From assembly GCA_964016885.1 (NCBI GenBank), contig OZ024756.1:5394001-5458000 (forward strand): a DNA stretch of 64,000 bases, written 5' to 3'. Made by a program: the position numbers and the translations under genes. Source of the stretch: Eledone cirrhosa (Eukaryota). Numbering within the stretch: the stretch's first letter is position 1; each line of letters begins with the position of its first letter. Positions 37,890 to 51,099 of this stretch are shown here, in pieces. The notes under the pieces are model-generated. The model was given only the letters and a program-made list of their open reading frames with translations. It was not told the origin of the DNA and did not search any database.

Positions 37890-39700
37890 TATTATAAAGG
37901 GAGGAGTACGGGACTGCGTCCTGAATATATTTTTTATTCCATTAGTAAAACAAGTTGGATTACTTTGAATAAATAATAGTTTATTATACAGACACAAGGT
38001 CATTAATTTTGGAGGAGGGGAAAGTCAATTAAATCGACTCCAGTGCATTGCTGGTAGTTTATTTTATCGAGCCCGTAAGTTTGAAAGACAAAGTTAACCT
38101 CGTCGGGATTTGAACTCAGATCATAAAAGGCCGTAACTCTGTGCTATAAAGCATGTTGTCCGACCCTCCACCGATACTGCCAAAGATCATAAAGGGCCGT
38201 AACTCTGTGCTATAAAGCATGTTGTCCGACCCTCCACCGATACTGCCAAAGATCATAAAGGGCCGTAACTCTGTGCTATAAAGCACGTTGTCCGACCCTC
38301 TACCGATACTACCAAAGATCATAAAGGGCCGTAACTCTGTGCTATAAAGCATGTTGTCCGACCCTCCACCGATACTGCCAAAGATCATAAAGGGCCGTAA
38401 CTCTGTGCTATAAAGCATGTTGTCCGACCCTCTACCGATACTGCCAAAGATCATAAAGGGCCGTAACTCTGTGCTATAAAGCACGTTGTCCGACCCTCCA
38501 CCGATACTGCCAAAGATCATTAAGGGCCGTAACTGTGTGCTATAAAGCATGTTGTCCGACCCTCTACCGATACTGCCAAAGATCATAAAGGGCCGTAACT
38601 CTGTGCTATAAAGCATGTTGTCCGACCCTCCACCGATACTGCCAAAGATCATAAAGGGCCGTAACTCTGTGCTATAAAGCATGTTGTCCGACCCTCCACC
38701 GATACTGCCAAAGATCATAAAGGGCCGTAACTCTGTACTATAAAGCATGTTGTCCGACCCTCCACCGATACTGCCAAAGATCATAAAGGGCCGTAACTCT
38801 GTACTATAAAGCATGTTGTCCGACCCTCCACCGATACTGCCAAAGATTATAAAGGGCCATAACTCTGTGCTATAAAGCATGTTGTCCGACCCTCCACCGA
38901 TACTGCCAATCCACCGCCCTTTGAATAAATTACTTTGAATAAATAATTGTTTCTACTTTAGGCACAAGGCCAGCAATTATCCAGTACATTACTGGTACTT
39001 TATTTTATCGACCCTTAAGGATGAAAGGCAAAGTCAACCTCGGCGGGATTTGAACTCAGATCGTAAAGGGACGTAACTATGCTGGAAAGCATGGCGTCCG
39101 ACCCTCTACCGATACTGCCAATCCACCGCCCTTACTTTGAATAAATAATAAATGAATATTACATAAGTTATGTTCTAAATTTCGTAGCTGTTGATTAAAC
39201 ATAAATATTCTTATATATAATGATTATTTATTTTAAGATTCACTTCTTTTGCGAGGTTTTGATATGCAATAGTTTGTCGAAACAAATATTGTTATACTTG
39301 GGGAGGGTCATATTGTTGTAATAATATTGCCAGAAATAACCGCAACCAAACAATGAGTGTGTTCTGTTATTATTTCAGGCAATATTATTACAACAATATG
39401 ACCCTCTCCAAGTATAACAATATTTTAAGATTCACTTCTCTTGAAATTTTCAAATATCACTACACCTTAATGCAGCTTGTATATAATATCGTCTTTTTTT
39501 AATGTATCATGGATTACTTTACTGATTACAGAAGAGCGTGTAACACAGACTTCGTTCAATTTCTGTGTATATTGTCACTTACGATTTTATTTGATGTATC
39601 ATATCTACATGCATATAATATTTGCGTACAATATCAATATTCACGCTAAATACGCTCTCAGAAAACCACCCGAAGAGTGGTTTTCTGCCAGTGTTTATAA
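37890..39700 (+). mobile_element. Family C repeat with two nested SINE A copies (37975-38920, 38944-39132) and a palindromic insert (39248-39420)
   Basis: Homologous to 30345-31135 on both sides of the inserts. Confidence 0.7.
38118..38909 (-). repeat. 12 x 66-bp tandem array made from the tRNA-like head of SINE A
   Basis: Unit agatcataaagggccgtaactctgtgctataaagcatgttgtccgaccctccaccgatactgccaa; 792 bp = 12 x 66. Confidence 0.95.
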
Positions 39701-41049
39701 TTAAAATTGCTGGTTATAGAATTGGAAAATAGTTCTTGGTGTGTTTTCTTCTATTTAGGGTCAACCATATAACATAACCAGATTCATGTTTCAACTTTTG
39801 TTAACTTCTTTTGAGAGAAACAGTTATCTGAGAGATATGTTCAAAAGTGTGTTGATTTCACAGTAATATTGCTATACACTATACATTTCATCCTAATAAC
39901 TATCTGTATAAATATCTAAGGAATGTCATATTAGCATAGGTTTCTCAATCATAGAATTTCATTTTTCCGCCACTCTTATAAGAGATGGCTTCATATCACT
40001 GTTCTATTCCAGCTCTCATTCATAAAAATAAACATAGAAATTCAGTGGCATGTAATGAGATACAATACGTTAATAATACATTCTTATAGTTCCCGAAAAT
40101 ATAATGCCAGGTACGGAATTTCCAAGACTTCCCTTTAAATTTCTGCTTTGATCTAAATGAAGAAATAATTTGTTGTGTTTATACATTTATTTGATTGCAT
40201 ATTTATTTTCATGAAAATATGGTCATGGAAATAATGTTATTTCTCTGATATGGTCTTCAAAGATAACCCCTCACTTTGTCGTTTATAGCGGTTCTCATTC
40301 CATCCTAATTTACTTCAGTTTAGGATTTGCAATTGCGTGAAGACTCATCAAGGGTGAAGAATAAATATCTTAGTTTAGATCAGAGAAAGCATATTTCTCT
40401 TACCTCCCGGGGATAGATTTTCTTTGGCTTAATTTCTCTCTCTGATTCACTCCTCTCTCTTTTTCTTTCTCTCCCTTTCTCTTTCTCTCCCCTCTCTTCG
40501 TTATTCTATTCATTTCAAAAATATATCACGATTAATAGCAATTTTTCAAGCTGAAATTAAAGATTCGCATTTAGCATCAGAGGATGAAATGAAACTTGCA
40601 ACATAAAGCAACTTAATATATTTCTCTCTGCCAATTACTGTTGCTATAAATATGTCACGGCACTCTCTAGCTACTCTATCATTGGAATTCTATAGATAAG
40701 AAACTAAGTTAATTATATCGATGTGTAGCTGTTGCCGGTGTGAGTTGGTCTGTAGTAGTCACTTGTACTGTATTATAGACCTTTTGTCCCAGCTACAATA
40801 TCAGAAGACACGTCATTCACTCATGTTCTGGAAGACTATCAAAGAGATACATCTAGCATGTTTGATTAACGCTAATTTAAACTGGGTTTATTTAGCTATA
40901 GGTGGTTAAATGGGAGAAATAGAAAAGGGGACATATATCTCTCTCTATATATATTTATCTCTCTCTCTAATATATATATATAGAGAGAGTGAGAGAGTGA
41001 AATAAAATAACAAGGACGATTGGTTACTCCTTCATTACGTTTATTGGTT

Positions 41050-41134
41050 GGTGACGCGCGTTTCGCCACTGAGCAGCTCAAGATTCTATCTGTATCGATC
41101 TGTCCCGACTCTGTAATCCGTGGCTCATCAGACT
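41050..41134 (-). ncRNA. Type I hammerhead motif with weak helix I
   Basis: Minus strand: agt-CTGATGA-gccac...gtggc-GAAAC-gcgc-GTC-acc. Confidence 0.6.
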
Positions 41135-41307
41135 CCTTATAATGGTAATGGAAAAATGAATATACATGCCGTATGAAAAAGTTTCATTTTCCTATGGTGG
41201 CCAGTGAAGTTTGTTTTGATTGAAGTGAACCTAAACATCGAATGCTCACCCGAGTGAACCTACATTAACTCCAAGTTACACTCCCTGGATATATATCTAT
41301 ATATATA

Positions 41308-41788
41308 TAAATGGAAAAAATGAAACGAATTTAATTTCCCACTCTTAGTACGGCTGTTACTTAAATATAAGTATGTACACGTACATACTACTGTACATCT
41401 GTATGCATATGTGTATGTATATATACATACATGCACACATATATATATGTACGTATGGATTCACCGAAAATTTATTATATTGCTAGATGTGTTTGTAAAC
41501 AAACATTCCGTATTAAGCCGTAGTGTCTAGCAACCATCGTTGCTCGTTTGTTCAACACTGACAAAGGAACGCTGTACTAGTTTCAAGCTTATTAGCTATC
41601 GTCAGCAACGTATACCTTCCTGCCAGATTGTTGAACGTCTGAAAGTATATACTTTCCCTATGCATATTAACGGCTGAGTAACCCAATTTGCATATCGAGT
41701 GGGTTAATCGGCCGGGTGCACCGAAAACGATAAACGGAAAAAATGAAACGAAATTTCATTTCCCACTCTTAGTACGGCTGTTACTTAA
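41308..41788 (-). mobile_element. Terminally redundant HHR-bearing element (423-nt period)
   Basis: ~57-bp direct repeat 41308-41364 / 41731-41788; HHR at 41569-41611; (TA)n flanks. Confidence 0.72.
41569..41611 (-). ncRNA. Minimal type I hammerhead motif
   Basis: Minus strand: acgttg-CTGACGA-tagctaataagctt-GAAAC-ta-GTA-cagcgt; helix I 6 bp, palindrome actagt. Confidence 0.72.
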
Positions 41789-41974
41789 TATATATATTCC
41801 GTTAAAGAACGGAAAGGTACCGCCATTTTATTAACGTACTCAATATTTCGAGTAAAGAATATATTATATATACCTATCTCTAACTCCCTCTGTGCATACT
41901 TACCCACATAAGCACACACACATGCAAATATGTGTGTTTGAGTATGTATGTATGTGTGATTATATATACATATA

Positions 41975-42200
41975 TATTTTTTTTAGCGATCTACTTTCGT
42001 CAAATCGGACCGAGGAAACAATGTTTCCGTTGGTCTTTCCAGTTGCTAATACTATCTATCGGTCGCAACTCCAGGTAGAAGGAGCAACGTGAAATAAAGT
42101 GCCTTGCTCAAGGACATAACGCATCGCCCGGTCCAGGAATCGAACTCACAACCTCAAGATTGTGAATCCAATTCTCTAACCACTCAGCCACACGCCTTCA
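41975..42200 (-). mobile_element. CORE-like tRNA-derived SINE
   Basis: Minus strand: gaaggcgtgtggctgagtggttaga...gagttcgattcctgg...tgtccttgagcaaggcactt. Confidence 0.8.
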
Positions 42201-42219
42201 CATATATATATATATATAC

Positions 42220-42890
42220 ATATCAAATTAATTAACGGAGTTAAAACCTCACATTAATCTCCTATAATATGTATTCTTCACTTATTATAGCGAAACATAT
42301 TCTTATTTGAGCATGTCAAGGTGTTATTGTTATAATTGAATGGTTAGTATACTTTAATATATTATTTTTATTGATTTTTATTCACCATTCCTTCCGTAGG
42401 TTCTTCACTCTGGTGGTTTTTGTTCCCCTATGATTGAACACATATCTCTGTCTACTTCTCTCTATATGATGATTTATAAAACCCCGGAATACATATTCCG
42501 TGAGCTCCCTAAATTATAGGGGAATAATGTAAGTTTTTAACTCCGTTAATTAATTTGATATTTTATCTCCTGTTTGATATGTGTATGTAAGTAGAGCTTC
42601 TAAAGTTGAATGGTTCTGAGCTGCTATTTTTAGCGCTCTTTTGTTCTATTCACACTACCATGGGCTTAAAACGCACAAGTCTTTTCTTTATACCAGGGGT
42701 GTTTTCTTAGTTATCTGATATATATTTATAGAAGTATTGATCGTATTGCTAGACACCCGCCGTTGAGCAACATCTACAATATATATTCTTCACTTATTAT
42801 AGCGAAACTTATTCTTATTTGAGCATGGCCGGGTGTTACTGTTATAATCGAATGGTTAGTATATTTTAATATATTCTTCTAATTGATTTA
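42220..42890 (+). mobile_element. Terminally redundant element (512-nt period) with a 5' inverted segment; hammerhead decayed or absent
   Basis: Inverted repeat 42220-42256/42525-42561; direct repeat ~42266-42377/42778-42890; (TA)n flanks. Confidence 0.7.
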
Positions 42891-43112
42891 TATATATATA
42901 TAATACATTTTTTCTTCGTCCATTTATTCCTGAGAGAGTCGTGGGGGCAGAGTCCTCAAACACTCATTCCAGCGGGCCATGTCAGAAGCATGTGTATATA
43001 TATATATGATAATAAATTTGAAGACTAAAATCTAAAGATCCCGTTAATGGTGAAAGCAGCGATTCTTTGCTTAAACTTTAATCTGTTATTTTAATAAATA
43101 TATATATATAAT

Positions 43113-43345
43113 ACATCACCATCATCACTCGTCGAATACTGTCGAGATGATGGATCTCACTCTCATGCCCCAGAATTCCCTGTCCCCCATCGCTGCCCCC
43201 AGGTCTTGTCTACTGATTCCCGTATCCCTAGAGATAACGTCAGGGAATGACAGCTTCTTACTCCTAGTCAGGCCGGAGAGCTCAATTTGCTGGCCAATGT
43301 CACCGTGCCAGCAATGAAATCATATCCGCTCTCTTGCTCTGGAAC
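43113..43345 (-). mobile_element. 3' end fragment of an RTE-type LINE
   Basis: Minus strand LSFPDVISRDTGISRQDLGAAMGDREFWGMRV* followed directly by a (TGA)n tail. Confidence 0.65.
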
Positions 43346-43377
43346 CCTGATATATATATATAAATTACATACATACA

Positions 43378-43414
<37 letters not shown>

Positions 43415-43416
<2 letters not shown>

Positions 43417-43615
43417 CGTTAAGATCCCCTTCGGTCACGAATGACCATGGAATTTACACCTAGAACTTTCCCCTCCGAGGTGCAAGTCCGTGTAATGGAA
43501 GACCAGTCTCTCCTCTCCACACCACCGATGTTGTCCAAGGGAAAGGCAATGGCCGATACAGCTTGCGCCACTGACGTCGCAATTTATTTCTGGAGCAACG
43601 GGAAATAAATATCTT
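43415..43615 (-). mobile_element. SINE body fragment
   Basis: Shares ggagcaacg.gaaataaa with 41975-42200; (TA)n flanks. Confidence 0.55.
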
Positions 43616-43624
43616 GTATATATG

Positions 43625-43656
<32 letters not shown>

Positions 43657-43757
43657 TATCATATGTGTGTGTATGTGTGTGTGTGTATGTGTGTGTGTGT
43701 ATGTGTGTATGTATGTATGTATGTATGTATGTGAGAGAGAGAGATTCTAATATGGCC

Positions 43758-43811
43758 GAACTGAAGATCTGAGTAGATCTGTTAGACTCACCCAGTGAAA
43801 CACGTGTATTC
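43758..43811 (+). ncRNA. Type I hammerhead motif with short helix I
   Basis: gaa-CTGAAGA-tctgagt...actcacccagt-GAAAC-acgt-GTA-ttc; palindrome acacgtgt. Confidence 0.55.
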
Positions 43812-43995
43812 TGAGAATGTAATGGTGAATAAATAAATAAAAAATGATGTATAGGAGAGCAGATCGATAATGGAGTCGGGTCCATAAATTTTATGGTTGA
43901 CCCTGAGCCAATCCTCTGCAAAACGTGCGTAACAGGTCGATATACAAAAAAAAACCAAAAAACGAACTACATGTAATCGAAACTTTATTGTTTTT

Positions 43996-44058
<63 letters not shown>

Positions 44059-45254
44059 CGTCACTTTGATCGCGATTAAATTTCCTGCGTTGCTATCAAC
44101 TTGTCTGGTTCTTTAAAGTTACAAAGGTTATATGAACTTTAATTAAGAAATGAAAATTTGAAATAATCAATTCAATAATGATAAAATAGGTTGTGAACAC
44201 TTTTAGAAAGTTAAAAATTAGTTTTATTGCTTAAAATGAATATTAAGTTGACATGATTAGTTGCTATAATAAACTATAATTTCTGCTACATTTACTAATC
44301 ATTCAGCCAGACTTTGCTTGTATGCACCAATAATTCTATTGCGTGCAATCGGTGTCACACTACATAAATCTTTCAAATTTCGACGAAATTCAATATATTT
44401 TCCATCTAAAGAATCTTTGGTTAGTTTATGACGTCAAATACAAATCTTTGTAGCAAGGAAATTATATTTTCTTAATGAAGGAAGTTATTAAATTATTAAT
44501 AACAAAACACAAACCCACACAGAGCATAAAAAATAGTCGATAAAGTTAACTTCATCATCATCATTATTTGACTGAAGTAACTTAAGTACCCACTCCTTCT
44601 TCACACACTGCAGCTTTCATAATCATGTGTAGTCCTATGCTCGGGTCATTAGGCCTGGTCAGTCAAGGAACTTGAATACTTAGTTAACATTTGATCTCAG
44701 AACGCAAGGGTTCGGAACAGATGACCACAACTTCTATATTCCAATGCACTAAAAATTCTCTCGAGCCACTTCCAGTGACCCCGAAAAGATAAAATGCAAA
44801 TTTAACCTCGGCACAATTCGAACTCAGATCGCTGACACCCAGAACAAATACCACTACATAATCTATCCGATGCCGATCATGACTTCCCCATAACATCGCC
44901 ACATCAACTTATAGATACTAATTTCTAAAACTGTCACATGATTACCAACGTCTTCGTTGTGGAGGGTTGTAATCCATTAAATAGCCCACAAGACATGACT
45001 GGTATTCATTATAAACGAACCATGTAGATGCAATGAGGATTAAAACTTAAAGAAGCGTACATATAAATTATCTGTGATAAATGTTCAAGTGTTGTCTATT
45101 CTGTTATGCTAATCCTATATAACTTACATACTTTACAGATTGATAGCAGTTGCAATAAGTTTGTACAAACAATACGATACTCTTTACTTGTCCCATAATA
45201 GATTTTCTCCAAGAATTGTATTATATACGTGAGTGAATAACAATAATATTATAA

Positions 45255-45820
45255 TAATTGTTTCTACTTTGGCACAACGCCAGTAATTACCCTAGTGCAT
45301 TACTGGTACTTTATTTTATCGACCCCATCAGGATGAAAGGCAAAGTTAGCCTCGACGGGATTTGAACTCAAACGGTAAAAGGGTGTAACTCAATGCTGCA
45401 AAACATGGCGTCCGACACTCTAACGATATGCTAATCCTATAATAATTTTCTACAGTGTATTACTGGTACTCTATTTTATCGACCCCCGTAAGGATGAAAG
45501 GTAAAGCTAACCACGGCGAGATTTGAATTCAGAATATAAACGGCCTTAACTCTGCCATAACTCAATCATGCATGCGTCCGATCCCCTACTGATACTGCCA
45601 ATACTATAACAATCTGATATTATTAACACAGGGCGGTAGATTGGCAGTATCGGTAGAGGGTCGGACGCCATGCTTTCCAGCATAGTTACGTCCCTTTACG
45701 ATCTGAGTTCAAATCCCGCCGAGGTTGACTTTGCCTTTCATCCTTACGGTGTCGATAAAATAAAGTACCAGTAATGCACTGGGTTATTGCTGGCTTTATG
45801 CCAAAACTAGAAACAATTAT
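45255..45820. mobile_element. Three SINE A copies (two on -, one on +)
   Basis: Consensus match. Confidence 0.88.
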
Positions 45821-46151
45821 TAATACTCGGTTTGTTTACAATTAAACAGCCTCATAAAACACCACGTGGTAGATGACAACATCATCCTTTTGTTCCAGTG
45901 GTAGCTGAGAGAAAACAATTGACAATTGTTTCGGAGTGTCTTGCTCCTTATCAACATTGTGTATTCTCCTGTCTGCCATCCCCTGGAACTTCTTAGAATA
46001 CATAGCATTCTCAGTTGTATACATTGGCTCATTAGTCTCATTTGCATACCGAGCGATTTTACGGTCGGCTTTGCCAAAACCTAAAAACAATATTTTGCTC
46101 TGTATTGTATATATTACAGTATAAATCATTATATCATCATCAAGGGTTTAC

Positions 46152-46972
46152 GTTTAAACTTAGCTTATAAATGGTTATATGAAATTCAAGGTTTAAACTT
46201 AGCTTATAAATGGTTATATGAAATTCAAGGGTTTAAACTGAGGTTATAAATGGTTATATGAAATTCAAGGGTTTAAACTTAGCTTATAAATGGTTATATG
46301 AAATTCAAGGGTTTAAACTTAGCTTATAAATGGTTATATGAAATTCAAGGGTTTAAACTGAGCTTATAAATGGTTATATGAAATTCAAGGATTTAAACTG
46401 AGATTATAAATGGTTATATGAAATTCAAGGGTTTAAACTGAGGTTATAAATGGTTATATGAAATTCAAGGGTTTAAACTTAGCTTATAAATGGTTATATG
46501 AAATTCAAGGGTTTAAACTTAGCTTATAAATGGTTATATGAAATTCAAGGGTTTAAACTTAGCTTATAAATGGTTATATGAAATTCAAGGGTTTAAACTT
46601 AGCTTATAAATGGTTATATGAAATTCAAGGGTTTAAACTGAGCTTATAAATGGTTATATGAAATTCAAGGATTTAAACTGAGATTATAAATGGTTATATG
46701 AAATTCAAGGGTTTAAACTGAGGTTATAAATGGTTATATGAAATTCAAGGGTTTAAACTTAGCTTATAAATGGTTATATGAAATTCAAGGGTTTAAACTT
46801 AGCTTATAAATGGTTATATGAAATTCAAGGGTTTAAACTGAGCTTATAAATGGTTATATGAAATTCAAGGATTTAAACTGAGCTTATAAATGGTTATATG
46901 AAATTCAAGGGTTTAAACTTAGCTTATAAATGGTTATATGAAATTCAAGGGTTTAAACTTAGTTTATAAATG
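46152..46972. repeat. 40-bp minisatellite, ~20.5 copies
   Basis: Unit gtttaaacttagcttataaatggttatatgaaattcaagg. Confidence 0.95.
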
Positions 46973-48051
46973 TAATTACAATGATATTCACAACTTATGC
47001 CACTTTATTTACAATATTCATAAACAAAGCCAGAACCTGATTTGTTTTTTTATTTTAGTGACACTCGGAAAATCATAATTGACCTCGGCGAGATTTTCAA
47101 TTCAGATAGTCAATGATCGTAATTAAACACCTCAAGCCTTTTATCCAACTTTCTACCGAATCTGCTATCAGTATAATCGTTAAGTTTAAATAACTTTTTA
47201 TTAGAATGCAATTATGATGTTCTTAGCCCCTTTATTATGTACTGAATAATAGAATGGTGTCTTATACGTGAAAATGATATTATTTAAAGCTGTGGCTAAA
47301 CATTTTTGTTGTTCACAGAGTTTATCGTAACTTTGTGGAATCAGTAGAGCGTCGGAGTGACGTTTTCCAGCATTCACCTTCAGGTCTTTCATTTCTAAAT
47401 ACTGTCGCAAGAGTGGCTTTATTTTCTGTTCGTCTGAGATTGTTAAAAAGAATATGGTAAATGAATAACAGATATTTATCTCCGACAGACATGTGGCGTC
47501 TTACCAACGTTAGAAATCAATTAGAATGTAGGAAAATATTTATTTATGATGGTATTAGCAACGCTACATTAATTAGGCTTATTTTATCGATTTCCAAATA
47601 TAAAATCAAATATAATATAAAAAAGAATAGAAGCAACCATAATCCCGGGTAACGAATCGCCTAGAACACATTCAGCCTGTTAGAAATAGCAGTCAAATCC
47701 CTCCCAAATCACAGTCCACCGTCTTTAAAAGGCCTCTACGTCACAGATGTTTTCAACGCGAAACGACGTATTTTGTTCGAGAACACAACATACTCTTACT
47801 TCTGTACACTCGACCCACTAACCAACAAGTCACACAAAGCCCCCCCCCCCCCGAAAAAAAAACAAGAACACTCACACATACAGTTACACACCAACATTGT
47901 ATATCTATATTTCTTTATATATAACCAGATTTAATATAAAAATGGCTTATATAGTTTTAGTCCTGTAGAAGCCATTTTTATATTAAATTTCGTTATATAC
48001 ATTCTACTAATGTATTGCGTACCTTACTTACTGTGGCTACCCCGTTTGAAC

Positions 48052-48720
48052 CCGACACACACACACACCGCACCAAACCACAGCACACCGCACCGCACCG
48101 CACCGCACCGCACCGCACCGCACCGCACCGCACCACAAACCACAGCACAGCACACTACACCACACCACACACACCGCACCAAACTACAGCACACCGCACC
48201 GAACCGCACCGCACTCCAAACCACAGCACACCACACACCACACCCCACACCATACACACCCCATACACACACACACACAACACCATACACACACACCACA
48301 CCATACACACACACACCTCACCATACACACACCATACACACACACAATACACACACCATACACACACACACACACACACATCATACACACACACACACAC
48401 CACACCACACCACACCACACCACACCACACCACACCACACACACACCACACACACACCACACACACACCACTAAACACACACCACCACACCATACCATAC
48501 CATACCATACCATACACACACACCACACAACACCACACCATACCATGCACACACCACAACACCACACCACACCACACCGCAGCATACCATACACACACAC
48601 ACCACACCACCACACCACACCACCACACCATACACACACCACACCACACCACCATACCATACACACACCATACACACACCACACCACACCACACCACACC
48701 ACACCACACCACACCACACC
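48052..48720. repeat. (CACCG/CACCA/CA)n low-complexity array
   Basis: Direct inspection. Confidence 0.92.
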
Positions 48721-51099
48721 ATTAAGCGTGACATTATACTGGTAATACCTGACGTGAATAGTCACTTTTATAAATTAGAATTTTGGTACAATAATAATTC
48801 TACAAACCTTATATTTGTGAATTTACATTCGTAAATTGTGTGATAGTATGAATTCTGTTAGTTCCTGAAAAAATGTCTCCAATTACATTAATTGGGCACT
48901 ATAATACTCCATTCTTCTTCTAGCCCTTCCATCGTTTCTTATTGTGTCTGAAGAACCTCCTTATCCGTCGTATCAAAACTATGACATGTTTAAGAATCTA
49001 AAAAAATGTTTCGTTTAGGTTTAATTTTTTTGCATCCAATTATTTAAATATGTTGACAAAATATTTTCATTCCTTTCAAATTTTTTTTCCTAATTCTAAT
49101 TATTGAATTACCCTTAGGGGATTTCTAATATATATATTTTTTCTCTTAAACCAACTATTTGGTGAATTCGTTATAAAGACCCTATTCCATTCAAACAAGA
49201 GCGAAACAGCTTTGTTTATTTATTTAGTTTAAAGTTTTTTTTAATGTAATTATTTTAAAAATTGTTATCCTTGTTATATATTGTCTATGGTTATCTGTGA
49301 CGATGGCATCCGAATGATGGGTTAATGCTACAGAAGATATTATTTTTATATTATTTTTTTTAGATATTATATTTATATCAAACTGTAAAAAAATATATTA
49401 TGCTACTCATGTATTAACATCAAATTTATCGACCATTACAAATTCTGACATGACCAGATATTTAGTGAAATGCTTTTGTTTCCCTTTTTCACATATTGTT
49501 TCTTCACATATTTATTTCTCTCTTGTAAACTGACTTACACATATAACCTCACGTCCATACACGCATTTATATGCAGCTATATGTGATTATTGTTGTATAA
49601 CAATAAACAAATAATATTGAGAAATATTTTGTAAAAAAATTGTAAAAATATATTGTTGTTCAGAAAGATTTCATATATCCTGTGTTATATTACAAGTCGA
49701 TAATATTTTCTCTTAATAATTGTCACTTGTCGACTTTAATGACTAATCTAATTGTCTTTTAATTGATTGAAAAATAATATTTTTCTTGTTATGTTGTAAT
49801 AAAAATAAGTTACTAACAGAATATTGTAAATAGTGAAGGCTCCATAACTAATTCTGTAATATATGGTTCTTCAACAAAGTGAAAGGTCGTTTTATAAAAA
49901 CAGAGGAAAATAGTCTAAAATATTGTTAGCAACAATTCAATAATTTAAGTGAATTTCTGAAATCGTTGTTGTAATCGTTTGTTTTTCTTTTTATGAATTT
50001 CAATAATTGGACGGCTCCTATCTGCCCACCCTCCTTCTAACGTTTTAGTTGGTTATATCGAGGCCAGGTTTTCATTTTGATGTATTTAGATATCTACTTA
50101 TAGATTGGCTAAATTTAACATTTGGTGTTTTTTTTTTTCTGTAAACTTTCCTTGTATATCCTTTGCCAAAATACAGTATTTTTCAATTTTCTCTAGAAAC
50201 AAGGATACACTTTTCTAGATAAAAAGGATAGTTGTACTGTATGGTTGCTTGAACAGTCTGAAATAGCAGACAAGTTCCCTCAAATCACACTTTACAGCCT
50301 TAAAAAATCAATTATATCAAATATATGATATATATACTGTCTCTAGCAAGAGAAATAACATTCGATTTTTGCGTATAAAAAGGGTTAAATCGAAGTGGTG
50401 GAAGTAGTGTAAATTAGATAGGGGCAAATATCTCTGAGCAGCGTCGCATTGGATAATACTCTTCATAAGGCATTACTAAAATATTCAAGGCAATTTTGAA
50501 CTCAGGTGTGCCATTCCCAAAGCCAAACGGGTCGCAGTTTGCCCATGACTCGTCTAAATAATACTTTCAACTAGAAAACAGGAAATGATCCTAAAATAAA
50601 AACACTCTTCGCATTAACAGACTTCAGTACATCTACTAAAGAGACTTCTGAACTGTTTCGTTTTAGTTATATGTTATTGACATGTAGATTGTTTAGAAAT
50701 AAATGTCGCCAACTTAGAAGAAAGAAAAACAACCCAGTAAAACGCATAAAAACGAGCTAAAACAGCTTGATACATCAAAAGGGTTGTATTTTCTCTAAAA
50801 TGTATAGCGTGATGAAAAGCACAGTAGGAGCTTAAATATATTTTTTTGGACAGAGCCAATAAAACTGCTGATGAACAGAACTATTAACATAAAGTTACAG
50901 GTGGGGATTGAAGCCTACTTTTAAATCAGGGTTAGCTATAGAATAGATTAGAAGCAACTGTTTTCAAATTATATGCTTTCGTTGGAAAAAGAGATTTAAA
51001 GTATTTTCCGATGTCACTTTGAGTCATTTAGAAATGTAACTAAATTCTGTAGTGAATATTCCATGTGAAGAATATATATCATGTAATTCTAACGTTACA

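Noticed and set aside
38116-38880. 254-aa repeat ORF or CRISPR-like array
   Set aside because: Pure tandem 66-bp SINE-derived units with no unique spacers and no cas genes
47270-47440. Minus-strand peptide GKR-HSDALLIPQSYDKL...LNNII resembling VIP/PACAP
   Set aside because: Chimeric coincidence: LEMKDLKVNAGK matches a LINE RT motif, and the HSDA codons are the reverse complement of a SINE head (gaatcagtagagcgtcgga)
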